Notes: generated from the sequence alone by a model not told the origin. DNA of 32,000 bases from Candidatus Heimdallarchaeota archaeon (GCA_030668875.1 DAOVER010000002.1:60001-92000), one strand, 5' to 3'; shown: positions 1 to 9,567, numbered from the stretch's first letter. Made by a program: numbers and translations.

Positions 1-794
1 ACTGGATGAAATTTTGGTAGAATGATGATCTTTTCTCCTCTAAATAAAGGAGCGAAGAAACCGCATTGAAGACCAAAACTATGACATAATGGAAGAGATG
101 ATAAAACAGCCTTTGAATATTCTTCTGGAATGTCAGATGCCCAATGATTAAACTGGTAAGCATTTGCTATCATATTGAAATGTGTGAGCATTACGCCTTT
201 TGCTAAACCACTTGTTCCTCCACTGTAAAGCAAAAACGCAATGTCTTCAGAGTTGCTTATGATACCTGTATATATACCATCTTGTTTGAATACATCTTCC
301 ATCTTCATTATTTTGTTATCATTTGAAGAATCGATTTTGCATTTTGAATCAGGTGTTAAAATAGATGAAAGCAATTTGTAATGTTCTGGTATATTTGAAA
401 TTAAATCACAAAATGATTCATTTGTAATTAGAATTTTTGTTTCAGAATCGATTATTTGAAACTCTATTTCTTTCTGAGATAATCTGGAATTAATGAGTGT
501 TACCTTGGCTCCTACTTGAAAAGCAGCAAAAACTGATACTACAAACCATATTGTATTAGGGAGAAGAACAGATATAGTATCTTGGACTTGAATATTTTCT
601 GACAAGAAATAATCTGCAAGTTTATTGGAATATTCGATTAGTTGTCGAGGAGTATAAGATACCTTTCCTTGTTCTATTATTACTTTGTCAAGATCTCCTT
701 TTGTTGCATTTAGAAAGTTTTCATATATGGAGACCTCTGGGTATTTTATTATGGTCTCTTGAATATTTAACCACTTTGAATCACTCAATGCCAT
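1..794 (-). CDS. Long-chain fatty acid-CoA ligase / AMP-binding enzyme, N-terminal part (runs off the window start; absent from ORF track)
   Basis: My translation of the minus strand from ATG at 794: MALSDSKWLNIQETIIKYPEVSIYENF...VLLPNTIWFVVSVFAAFQVGAKVTLIN...DIAFLLYSGGTSGLAKGVMLTHFN...LPLCHSFGL...IIILPKFHP. Contains the AMP-binding motif (YSGGTSGLAKG) and is open to base 1. Confidence 0.92.
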   Translation of the reverse strand, partial: MALSDSKWLNIQETIIKYPEVSIYENFLNATKGDLDKVIIEQGKVSYTPRQLIEYSNKLADYFLSENIQVQDTISVLLPNTIWFVVSVFAAFQVGAKVTLINSRLSQKEIEFQIIDSETKILITNESFCDLISNIPEHYKLLSSILTPDSKCKIDSSNDNKIMKMEDVFKQDGIYTGIISNSEDIAFLLYSGGTSGLAKGVMLTHFNMIANAYQFNHWASDIPEEYSKAVLSSLPLCHSFGLQCGFFAPLFRGEKIIILPKFHP

Positions 795-925
795 TCACTG
801 AAACTACAGTTTTTAAAGGTATTAATGAACTTTATTAAACTAATATAAGTGAAGTTTTTGTCTAAGCAAAACTTTGATATAGTAAAATTAGGGGTTGTTT
901 CTATACTCTCACATGGTCTTAGATT

Positions 926-3685
926 ATGTCCTCACCAACAAAAATCGATAAGAGAAGTGGAAAGAAAAAAAGAACCACATACAATGAGGAAGATTTATCG
1001 AAGTTTGCTGAAAAATACGCTGTCTCATATGATTCCGATAAAGAGAAACTTGTGAGTGATTTTGCAATTAAAGGTCAGAATCTACTGAAAAGTGGGAAAT
1101 TTGACGAATCTGAAGAGATATGCGATTTTCTGTTGAGCGTTGGAAAACAATGGAGAGATGATTTTACAAAAATGAAAGCTTTCCTACTGAAAGCCCAATT
1201 GAGTTCTAGTTTGCATCAAGAATCAATAGGATTTCTATCAAAATCTTTGTCTCTTGCTAAGAAATTGAAATACAATGAGCTTATTGTTGGTGTTAGGGTT
1301 CAGCTGGCCTACGAATACTTCCATAAGAGAGACTTCAAGAGGGTTCTTAAACAAATATCCGAAATCGAAAAATATGAACCGTTGGATCTCGAAAATTCTA
1401 AAGTTATTTATGAGTTGAAATCGAGATGTTACTGGGAAACTGATGATTATGTCAAAGGATTTAATGCAACATACAAATGGTTTGGTTATCTTAAAGAAAC
1501 AGAAGATATGCATTCAATGTTTATTGTAATCGTGTATCTTCTAACTGTTGTATCTTCATTAGATTTGCCTCTAACTAAAGAAAAGGTTAACGAGATTAAA
1601 AAAGAAATAGAACAAGTTTTAGTAAATCTCGCTACATCCCCTCATCTATTTCAAGATCTTATACCCCATATTGATACACTGTTTGCTAAATCATTGATGA
1701 TGGTTCAACCTGGAATTCTTTATGAGTTTACTGATATGTTTTTACAAACTGTTAGGTGGATGGACGAGGAAAAATACCTATATTCATGTCTGAAACTTGC
1801 AGATGCCTTTTACAGCATAAATGATTCTAAAAAAGCAGTTGAAATAATCGATAAAGGTAAAGCGTTCATAAAGGATAAGAAATATGATAAGCTGGATAAC
1901 AAAATAGGTTTGAAAAAAGTAGAATATACAAGTTTAATATTCTATTTTATGTCTTTTGACCCTCTTTATGACCCCCTAGTTATTGAGAGTGTAAATATTA
2001 TTGAGGGTGAAGCTGAATCAAATCATTATCTTCAGACATTTTACACACCGATTAACAGCTATGCATCTACCTCTTACTCCCATTTCCTCAGAATTCTGGA
2101 AAAAACAAAGTCAAATAGGTTAACAAAAGAAAAATCATTAAGGATAAATGGTTTATCTGAAGAAGAAGAAAGAAAGTACTTTGTATTGCGATTAAACCTA
2201 GCTGATAAAATGATTGATATTTTGTTTAGAGAAGATTTCCAAATAGATGAGAACATATCACACACCTTGCACTCTACAGTTTCTCCATTTTATTCAGTTA
2301 TCGGTGTTCTTTCATCAGAAAAAGGAGAAAAAATTACGTGCGTGGAAGAAATGGAAAATATTCTACTTGAAATCCAAAGAGCGATTAACTGTCCAGCCTT
2401 AATTGCTGAAATTATCTCTCCAAGAAAACACCCTCAACTGGATCTTCTGCGCTTTTCATCCAATGATGGAGGTTTCAAAGACCTTCAAGAGAAAATTCTA
2501 ACTTGTGCTTTAAGTTTTAAGTACAAATATCCATTCTTAGGAGATCCTAATTTTCTACAAATTTTCCAAAGTGATCCAATTACTCTGTTTGATTTTTCAT
2601 TACGAGAACCAATTCAATTGGAACCCTTGTCTGTTCTATTGAGTAGAGCATCTGGATTGGATTTTACAAATGAAATTCTAAGTGATTTGTTTAAGGATAC
2701 CATGAATTTGTTTCTACAGAAAGGTGATACTAGATATTGGAAGGATTTCTATTATCAATATGCTTGGCTCCAGCAAAGTGGAACATATCTTAATCTTTCA
2801 AATGAATCTTTTAAGCGAAAAAGTAAACTGGCTGACGACCTTATTTTTCTGGCAGATAAACTACAAGAAGAAGAGAAAATACTTGAGAGTAGATATTACA
2901 GGTTGTTTCTACAGCTAACAAGTGAATTTCCTGATTACCAAGAATTTCTAGAGGATTTTCTATCTCTTGTTAAAAAATACAAAAATAAGAAATATGAAGT
3001 AATATCGAAAATTCTTATAAAATTATTTAATAATGAAGATTTAACTTCAGAAACCACCCTTTCTAATTCCTTCGATTTACTCTGCGAACTTTGTTCTTCT
3101 AAAGATTGGAAAAAAACTCTAGAACTATTCTTATGTTTTGTTTCCAATGTCCCTAATCTATCCAAACTGTTAGAAATTTGTGAGAAGAAGGAAACTAAGG
3201 ACACAAGTTTCTTAATATATCTAAACTTAATTAAACGTCTTATTAGAGAGAACCAGCGAGATTCTGCTTTTAGTGTATTGAAATGGTTAATAGGTGGTTT
3301 AGTAGAGAGAAAAGAGCACTTTGATTTACCAGAACACACATGGAATTATCTTTTCGTTACTGCAAATATTTTCTTGTATGATCTCCTTCCTATTCTAGAT
3401 GAAAGCAAGCTTAAATCTATGGGTTATTCAAGGAATGTGATTGTTGATAATTTACTTGAAAATTTCGAATGGATTATCGATCCTATCTTTTTAGTGCAAA
3501 TTCTTCTAGATAAGATAACTTTACTGCTTCAAAAGAGTGATTTTGCACTTTCAGAGAGGTTCTATTCTTGGATAGAGCAGCTGATGTTTTATCACTGGAA
3601 CATATTTACTTCTGAAGAAAATAAAGATTTAATTGAGAAAATACAAGAAGCAAAGAAAAAGATAGTTAGTCAACACTTTACTTGA
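926..3685 (+). CDS. Large helical-repeat (TPR-like / alpha-solenoid) protein of unknown function, 919 aa
   Basis: Long ORF. TPR-like helix pairs in the N-terminal third (e.g. AIKGQNLLKSGKFDESEEIC, QLAYEYFHKRDFKRVL, KLADAFYSINDSKKAVEII), a more beta-rich middle and a helical C-terminus. No catalytic motif recognised. Confidence 0.7.
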   Translation: MSSPTKIDKRSGKKKRTTYNEEDLSKFAEKYAVSYDSDKEKLVSDFAIKGQNLLKSGKFDESEEICDFLLSVGKQWRDDFTKMKAFLLKAQLSSSLHQESIGFLSKSLSLAKKLKYNELIVGVRVQLAYEYFHKRDFKRVLKQISEIEKYEPLDLENSKVIYELKSRCYWETDDYVKGFNATYKWFGYLKETEDMHSMFIVIVYLLTVVSSLDLPLTKEKVNEIKKEIEQVLVNLATSPHLFQDLIPHIDTLFAKSLMMVQPGILYEFTDMFLQTVRWMDEEKYLYSCLKLADAFYSINDSKKAVEIIDKGKAFIKDKKYDKLDNKIGLKKVEYTSLIFYFMSFDPLYDPLVIESVNIIEGEAESNHYLQTFYTPINSYASTSYSHFLRILEKTKSNRLTKEKSLRINGLSEEEERKYFVLRLNLADKMIDILFREDFQIDENISHTLHSTVSPFYSVIGVLSSEKGEKITCVEEMENILLEIQRAINCPALIAEIISPRKHPQLDLLRFSSNDGGFKDLQEKILTCALSFKYKYPFLGDPNFLQIFQSDPITLFDFSLREPIQLEPLSVLLSRASGLDFTNEILSDLFKDTMNLFLQKGDTRYWKDFYYQYAWLQQSGTYLNLSNESFKRKSKLADDLIFLADKLQEEEKILESRYYRLFLQLTSEFPDYQEFLEDFLSLVKKYKNKKYEVISKILIKLFNNEDLTSETTLSNSFDLLCELCSSKDWKKTLELFLCFVSNVPNLSKLLEICEKKETKDTSFLIYLNLIKRLIRENQRDSAFSVLKWLIGGLVERKEHFDLPEHTWNYLFVTANIFLYDLLPILDESKLKSMGYSRNVIVDNLLENFEWIIDPIFLVQILLDKITLLLQKSDFALSERFYSWIEQLMFYHWNIFTSEENKDLIEKIQEAKKKIVSQHFT

Positions 3686-3939
3686 AGTTTTGGGAAAATT
3701 TTGTGTTAGAATGAATTTCCCGTGATTTTAAAACTCTTAAGAGATTTCACATATCTTTAGGTTTGAAATGCTTATATAGAGCCCAATTATTTTCGTGTAT
3801 TAGCCCCTCTAATTGGTTTCTACGAAAGAAAGTAGCTCTGTAATTTATAACAATATTTATGAATGGATTACAACATTAATCAAATTGTGCAATTCAATAT
3901 TCGAATAAACGCTTTAATGCCATATTTGGAGTTCAATTA

Positions 3940-6492
3940 ATGTCAACAGAACATGAAATTGCGATAATACTTGCAGGATATAGAGTGAGTCCTTTCGTCA
4001 GGGAGGTACTTCATAAGGAAGATATTGCTTTCACTATTATAGCCAATAATTCCAGCGATTTTCAGATTCATCATGCTGACCCCTCCAAAATTCTAAATTA
4101 TAGTTTAGAGTTTTCTAATACAATAGAAATTAAAGCACAAAAAAGCATGGATTCATTAGCGGTTTTTGAAACCTTAGGGCAATTTTTCGATTTCTACAAT
4201 CCTCTCCGTTTATCCACTCTAAACTATTTAATATCCAAATTTACCACATCAACAAAAACAGAAGATATCAAATATGTTGATGCATGGAAGAAAATATGTA
4301 CAGCTATCTTTGAAGATGAGTTTATTTTGCCTTTGTTTTCCGAAACAAGAATTATCCATATTAAAGAAGGCGATGTGGAAATTCCAGCAAGACAGTTTCT
4401 AATTTCAACTGAAATTGAACAAAGAAAGGATAATTCGAAGAATAATATTAAAACACTAGAGCAAACATTGGTAGATATAACAGGTATCATCGACCTTGAA
4501 CAAACAGATAAAATGAAAATTTGTAATGAAGCTTCAAGAAAAATAGTTAATGCTTCAGCTGTTATTATAGTACCTACTGATATAATCTCTTTCTATGTTA
4601 TGTTTCAATCAGAGAGTTTTAGAGACATTCTCGAAAAAACTTCTGGAAAAATAGCTTTTATACCTCCCTTCTGGCTTGGTAATGAAATTAATAAATTTGA
4701 AAGAGCAATATTGGAAAAAACTAATTTTGAAGTAAACCTCCCCAACATTACTGATCTTGTGAAAGATTCTGTTGACACAATAATTATTGATACTAAAGAC
4801 AGTGATTTGGTTCCAACTTTAAGAGAAGCTGGCATAACAGTTTTAGTGGAAGATTTAACTCAAGAAAATCTTGCAAGCCAGGAGTTTTTAGAAACAGTTT
4901 TACGTTCTGTTGATGTTACTTTAGAATCTATAACTATTGAACCAAAAGAAAGAGTTGAAGGACTGGGAGATAAATTAGTAAGCCTTTTCAGGGGGAGAGT
5001 AGAAAAGAAAGATGTTGAGGAGGTTCAAGAACTCCTTGAAACAGAAACATCTCCTATTGATATCCCTGTCCCTTCAGTTGAGGAAACACTGTTAGAGATT
5101 TCAATTGATGAAAAAGACCCTCTGAGTATTCTAGAAGAACCTTCCGAAGAAGAGGACTTTTCTATTACTGATGAGTTCGAGATGGAAGTTATCGATACAG
5201 AAAAACTCGCACCTACAATACCAATAACCCCTGTAAAAGAATCTATCAAAGAAACTGATTTTCTCCAACCAATTTCTGAAGGTAAATTCATATTGCCTGG
5301 AATTGAACAGATTAAGCAGCTTGAACTAGAAGATATAGAATCTTTAGATGTTGATGAACATATAATAACCTCTTTTATAGACCGTGCAATGACTTCTAAC
5401 ACTTCAGGTCTCGAAGTTGTATTTTCTGATCTATTGGCATTACAAAATAATCCGTTGCTAATTGATAAAATATATCAAACTTTAATGAGAAAATTGGCTA
5501 AAGCTAGAGAGTTCAGTCCAGAAGAGAAGATAGCTGATATGATAACGTATCTTTCAGCTCATAAACCTGATTTCTACACAGAACGTATAGAAATGCTATT
5601 AGATGAAACCCTACAAGCCAAAGAGGAAAAAGAATTTCATAAACATCTGAGAAAAGCTACTCTAGTAATTAAAAGTTCACTACTAATTGCAGGAGAAGTA
5701 ATAGAAAAATTCATTTGTCAAAATATTGCAACAGATGATATCTATTTAGAGGACAAACTTAGACGAATTATTAATGCAATCGCGTTAACAGATTCAAACC
5801 TTCTTGAATTAGTAGCAAAGGTTTTAGCATCAATTTATACTAAAGAAATAAAGACTGAAGAACCAAGAGATACAATTTTGGACCGCATTATGGCCTTTTT
5901 ATCTCTATTTGACGGATGTACAGTTGGAATTGCTTTCATTCTTAATGATTTTGAAAAAGTAATAGATAGTATAATTGAAAAATTCGAGACTATGCATTTC
6001 AGTGTCTCTTACGAAGAAATAGTGAAAAATATTCTTTATGCATATAAAGATGGAACTTACGAAGATTTAATGGATGCTCTTCGAGGAAGAGAATTACCTG
6101 AATCTATAGAATATGATATGATGAAAAGGAAATATGTCAAAAGTCTATCAAAAGTAGGATCAATTCCTCTTGAGCTTTTCGCAGAAAATCTTAGAGTACC
6201 TATTGAGAAAGCGGAAAAAGTTATTTATGACCTGATATTAAAAGAGGAGATTACAGCTCGAATCGAATTAGTAAATGGCAGATTGTATATAGTTCAAGAG
6301 CTTCAAGACAAAGAAGAAGAAGAAACTGCTATCAAACCTGGAAAGGAGACCAAAGAAAAAGCACCGACCAAGAAATCTTTTGTTAAGAAACCTCCTTCAA
6401 CTAAGAAAACTACAGCTACCAAGAAACCTCCTTCAACTAAGAAAACTACAGCTACCAAGAAAAAACCAACTGAAGAAAAACAATCGAACTAA
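3940..6492 (+). CDS. Multidomain protein: degenerate CofD/YvcK-like N-terminal domain, acidic linker, helical region, PCI-like winged helix, Lys/Thr/Pro-rich tail
   Basis: aa 1-~325 follow CofD by eye (TIIANNSSDF; KICNEASRKIVNASAVIIVPTDII; VKDSVDTIIIDTKD). aa ~730-790 (KYVKSLSKVGSIPLELFAENLRVPIEKAEKVIYDLILKEEITARIELVNGRLYI) have the PCI winged-helix pattern. Confidence 0.65.
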   Translation: MSTEHEIAIILAGYRVSPFVREVLHKEDIAFTIIANNSSDFQIHHADPSKILNYSLEFSNTIEIKAQKSMDSLAVFETLGQFFDFYNPLRLSTLNYLISKFTTSTKTEDIKYVDAWKKICTAIFEDEFILPLFSETRIIHIKEGDVEIPARQFLISTEIEQRKDNSKNNIKTLEQTLVDITGIIDLEQTDKMKICNEASRKIVNASAVIIVPTDIISFYVMFQSESFRDILEKTSGKIAFIPPFWLGNEINKFERAILEKTNFEVNLPNITDLVKDSVDTIIIDTKDSDLVPTLREAGITVLVEDLTQENLASQEFLETVLRSVDVTLESITIEPKERVEGLGDKLVSLFRGRVEKKDVEEVQELLETETSPIDIPVPSVEETLLEISIDEKDPLSILEEPSEEEDFSITDEFEMEVIDTEKLAPTIPITPVKESIKETDFLQPISEGKFILPGIEQIKQLELEDIESLDVDEHIITSFIDRAMTSNTSGLEVVFSDLLALQNNPLLIDKIYQTLMRKLAKAREFSPEEKIADMITYLSAHKPDFYTERIEMLLDETLQAKEEKEFHKHLRKATLVIKSSLLIAGEVIEKFICQNIATDDIYLEDKLRRIINAIALTDSNLLELVAKVLASIYTKEIKTEEPRDTILDRIMAFLSLFDGCTVGIAFILNDFEKVIDSIIEKFETMHFSVSYEEIVKNILYAYKDGTYEDLMDALRGRELPESIEYDMMKRKYVKSLSKVGSIPLELFAENLRVPIEKAEKVIYDLILKEEITARIELVNGRLYIVQELQDKEEEETAIKPGKETKEKAPTKKSFVKKPPSTKKTTATKKPPSTKKTTATKKKPTEEKQSN
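6385..6462 (+). repeat. Perfect in-frame 36-bp tandem repeat (about 2.2 copies) encoding KKPPSTKKTTAT
   Basis: aagaaacctccttcaactaagaaaactacagctacc at 6385-6420 and 6421-6456, then aagaaa. Confidence 0.95.
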
Positions 6493-6526
6493 AGTGATAA
6501 TTTCCACTTTTTATTAATCAATAGAA

Positions 6527-6534
6527 TTTTAAAG
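6527..6534 (+). promoter_or_regulatory. Putative archaeal TATA box (TTTTAAAG) for the 6557 gene
   Basis: Ends 22 nt before the ATG. The identical octamer lies at the same spacing before the 25895 gene. Confidence 0.5.
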
Positions 6535-6556
6535 AGAAGCTTTGTAAATACTATTC

Positions 6557-7552
6557 ATGCTTATCTGTTTGTTCAAACTTGAAGATGATGGACCAACCAT
6601 AGTCAATATGGTTTCCGATCAGAATGTAGATTTTGATGAGAATGTGACAGAGAAATTTATGTTTTCAGGTTCAATAACCTACTCTCTCATATTTCAAGGA
6701 ATGGTTACAATCGACGATTTACCCTCAAATTTGTATGGTCCCTTCCCTTTTGCATTTACTTCTGGGTTTGTTCAATATGCATTTTCTTTTCTTGCTGAAG
6801 ATAAATCTATCAAAGATCAAAGAATGAAGAAGAAAACTCTGGGTTTAGTTTTAATGCTCGTACCAGAAATGTTAGCACAAATTGATGATTTCAGAGAAGA
6901 ACTTGCAAAAACTCTTATCTATAAGTTCCATAACATTAAAAAAATTGGGGATGTCGATGAGAAATTCCTTGGAAGCATAATACACTCCTACAATAAGATT
7001 CTAACCGATTTAATGGAAAGTAAGCAAGCAGAACTTCTTTCATCTCAATTATTAGAATTTATTCAACAGAAGCCTAAACCTAGCAAAAAGGATTCACTAA
7101 ATTTAGCAATTATTTATCCCAAAGCGTATATTGACATAGTAAAAAAACACTACAATTCTCTCCTATCTTCTCTTCCATATGAAACTACAAATTATTCAGA
7201 AGAGGAAGCTAATATTAGAACTAAAAAGTATAATTTCTCACTAAAGCTTGTCTCAAATGTAAAAGAAGATTTTATAAACGCCCAGAAAGTATTGATTCTT
7301 ATCATAGACGTGTCTGGTAAGAAATACGAGCCTTTCTACAAACTCTTATCAAAACTGAAAAAAGAACTAAAAATTGCTGTTGTTATCTCACTCCCAGATG
7401 ATATTGAGAAAGCTAGTCACCAATATGCAAAATTCTTTACTGGATTACAACGTTACATTAGCGGAATGCCATTCTTCTCGGCAAGTTTTACTACACCATA
7501 TGATTTCAAAACTAAAATGCTTGAAGCTCTGTTCTGGTCACTCTCTGAATGA
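6557..7552 (+). CDS. Longin/uDENN-like N-terminal domain fused to a degenerate Ras-fold (pseudo-GTPase) domain
   Basis: N-terminus ICLFKLEDDGPTIV resembles the first strand plus GP turn of uDENN/longin. LYGPFP..FSF..ED...R motif is shared with 29896..30954. C-terminus keeps Ras strands (NLAIIY, KVLILIIDVS, KIAVVI, PFFSAS) without GxxGxGK or NKxD. Confidence 0.55.
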   Translation: MLICLFKLEDDGPTIVNMVSDQNVDFDENVTEKFMFSGSITYSLIFQGMVTIDDLPSNLYGPFPFAFTSGFVQYAFSFLAEDKSIKDQRMKKKTLGLVLMLVPEMLAQIDDFREELAKTLIYKFHNIKKIGDVDEKFLGSIIHSYNKILTDLMESKQAELLSSQLLEFIQQKPKPSKKDSLNLAIIYPKAYIDIVKKHYNSLLSSLPYETTNYSEEEANIRTKKYNFSLKLVSNVKEDFINAQKVLILIIDVSGKKYEPFYKLLSKLKKELKIAVVISLPDDIEKASHQYAKFFTGLQRYISGMPFFSASFTTPYDFKTKMLEALFWSLSE

Positions 7553-7583
7553 GTTATCTGTTGTTTATATTACAAACACACTT

Positions 7584-8675
7584 TCATTTTGAATATTTTT
7601 CAATGGCATCTAGGTTTACATTTATTCCTAAACCAGGTTGTTTATTTGGTACTGATATGGTACCATCACTATTTAACTCGAATATTGGATCAACTAAATA
7701 ATTTGTATAGTATCTCTCACTTTCGCTTATATCATTAGGCAATGTAAAGGTTGAAAGGCTTGCTACTGCTAGATTCTTTGCTCTTCCAATTCCTGTTTCA
7801 AGCATTCCTCCGCACCAAAGAGGAAAACTATTTTCTTTTGCTAATTCATGAATGTGAAGAGTTTCAGTTATTCCACCAACTCTAGCTGGTTTTACATTTA
7901 TAATTCTAGTAGCATCTGATTCGATTGCAACTCTAGCATCATCCACACTTTTTATTGATTCATCAAGACATATTGGAGTTGCAATTTCTTTCTGTAGCTT
8001 TGCATGATCAAGAATATCATAATACTGCAAAGGTTGCTCAATCATCATCAAGTTGAATCTGTCAAGTGATATGAAAATATCCTTATCTTTGAGTCTGTAG
8101 GCACTGTTTGCGTCAACCATTAAAGGAATATTTGGGTAGACGTCCCTTATTTTCTTTACAATCTCTACATCCCAGTTTGGTTCTATCTTGATTTTGATTC
8201 TTTGATAATTTTTCTCCAAAGCTTTTCCAATTTTTTCTATAAGAATATCTGTATTCTGTTGAATTCCTAATGATATTCCTGAAGGAATTGATTCCTTGGT
8301 TCCCCCGATAAGTTCTTGAAGAGATTTATTGTTCATATGTCCATATAAACCCCAAATAGCATCCTCAATACAGGCTTTGGCCATTTGATTCCCCTTTATT
8401 TGTTGAACAAGTTTCTTGAAATCTCTGGGGTGGTCTAAATCTGTTTCTTTTAACCAAGGAGAAATGAAGTTTGTAATGATGGATTGACAGGAGTCAATTG
8501 TTTCTCCAGAATACCATGGACCTTTTTCTGCAACACACTCTCCATAACCATCGTATCCTTCTGATTGAACTCGAGTAACTAAAATCTCTCTTTCTTGAGT
8601 TACTCCAAAACTAGTCCTGAAAGGATTTCTAAGCTCCATTTTAACATGATATAGTTTTATTGCTTCAATTTTCAT
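7584..8675 (-). CDS. menC: o-Succinylbenzoate synthase / N-succinylamino-acid racemase (NSAR/OSBS subfamily, enolase superfamily)
   Basis: MKIEAIKLYHV...PFRTSFG, KIKI catalytic Lys motif, metal ligands VDAN / EQP / LDES, second Lys in NVKPARVGG, CGGMLETGIG. Start set at ATG 8675 (MKIE) rather than 8735. Confidence 0.9.
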   Translation of the reverse strand: MKIEAIKLYHVKMELRNPFRTSFGVTQEREILVTRVQSEGYDGYGECVAEKGPWYSGETIDSCQSIITNFISPWLKETDLDHPRDFKKLVQQIKGNQMAKACIEDAIWGLYGHMNNKSLQELIGGTKESIPSGISLGIQQNTDILIEKIGKALEKNYQRIKIKIEPNWDVEIVKKIRDVYPNIPLMVDANSAYRLKDKDIFISLDRFNLMMIEQPLQYYDILDHAKLQKEIATPICLDESIKSVDDARVAIESDATRIINVKPARVGGITETLHIHELAKENSFPLWCGGMLETGIGRAKNLAVASLSTFTLPNDISESERYYTNYLVDPIFELNSDGTISVPNKQPGLGINVNLDAIEKYSK

Positions 8676-8715
8676 TTTTATTCGCTCTTTTATTATATTT
8701 TTAATTATTAGAATA

Positions 8716-9567
8716 CTAAGAATCAACAGATTCAAGAATACTTAATACGTGATAAGCCTTCCAAGGTGTTATACTTTTGTCAAGGATAAAATCTATAGTT
8801 GAAAGGCCTTTATCGAAGTAGTTTGTGAGAACCTTCCTCGTTTCTTTTCGCCACTCTTTTGCGAGTTCATTATTGCTTTTCATAATTGTTGTGAAATTAA
8901 TGGGGATTTCAGCAAAAACAATTGTTTCTTGGATATCTAAATCCAATTCTTTGACCTTTAGTATTCCGCTGTTAGAAGTTGTTTTGATTGAATGATAACG
9001 ATCATTATTGATGATTTCTGTATAATCTTCGAAGTCATTGCTTAAGCGTTTCTTAACGTGAGATGAATCGATAAACCAATTGCAGTATAACCTATCGGTA
9101 TCAATACCAATATTCAATTCATCATGCATATCTCCCCAGTATTTAATTTTGTAATTGTTACAAATCGCTCCAAGTTTATGCAGATTTATATAGCAATTTT
9201 TACTTTGGAGAGGATCAAAGGTCCAGTTTATTGTTTTGAAATTTTTCTCCAAAGCCCATTTTCTCTGTTCATGTTTTAGTTGAATACCAATTCCTTTGTC
9301 TTGATGCTCTTTTACAACAGCATTATGGTGTGAATAAATGAAATTGCCATAGGGATCAATTCGCCCCATCCACCCCCATACATAACCTACAATTTCCTGA
9401 TTTAGATAAGCAGCAATAACCACCCCCCCACTTCGATGAGTTGCATAAATTACTCTCTTAGGGACTATTTCTCTGTCTGGAAACCCCCAAGCATTGATTT
9501 GTATATTTTCAATTTTGTTGTACTCACCATAGTCTGTTAGTTCTTTATAGTCAACAGTTTCCTTCAT
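8716..9567 (-). CDS. GNAT N-acyltransferase of the family linked to NSAR/OSBS (putative D-amino-acid N-succinyltransferase)
   Basis: YSHHNAV..EHQDKGIG..LK..QR.WA, WTFDPL...N.YINLHKLGA, YWGDMHDELNIGIDTDRL. Lies 40 nt upstream of, and co-oriented with, the NSAR/OSBS gene. Confidence 0.85.
   Translation of the reverse strand: MKETVDYKELTDYGEYNKIENIQINAWGFPDREIVPKRVIYATHRSGGVVIAAYLNQEIVGYVWGWMGRIDPYGNFIYSHHNAVVKEHQDKGIGIQLKHEQRKWALEKNFKTINWTFDPLQSKNCYINLHKLGAICNNYKIKYWGDMHDELNIGIDTDRLYCNWFIDSSHVKKRLSNDFEDYTEIINNDRYHSIKTTSNSGILKVKELDLDIQETIVFAEIPINFTTIMKSNNELAKEWRKETRKVLTNYFDKGLSTIDFILDKSITPWKAYHVLSILESVDS

Noticed and set aside
3686-3939. 254-nt intergenic region with weak hairpins (gggaaa...tttccc; ctcttaagag) as a possible ncRNA or riboswitch
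   Set aside because: The stems are short and AT-rich, with no GC enrichment, tRNA cloverleaf or C/D box pair that I could support.
3940-4915. Functional cofD / F420 biosynthesis gene
   Set aside because: The Gly-rich loop and catalytic Asp motifs are missing, and no cof neighbours are present.
7584-8675. Menaquinone biosynthesis cluster
   Set aside because: No other men genes are present, and the GNAT neighbour points to the racemase context.
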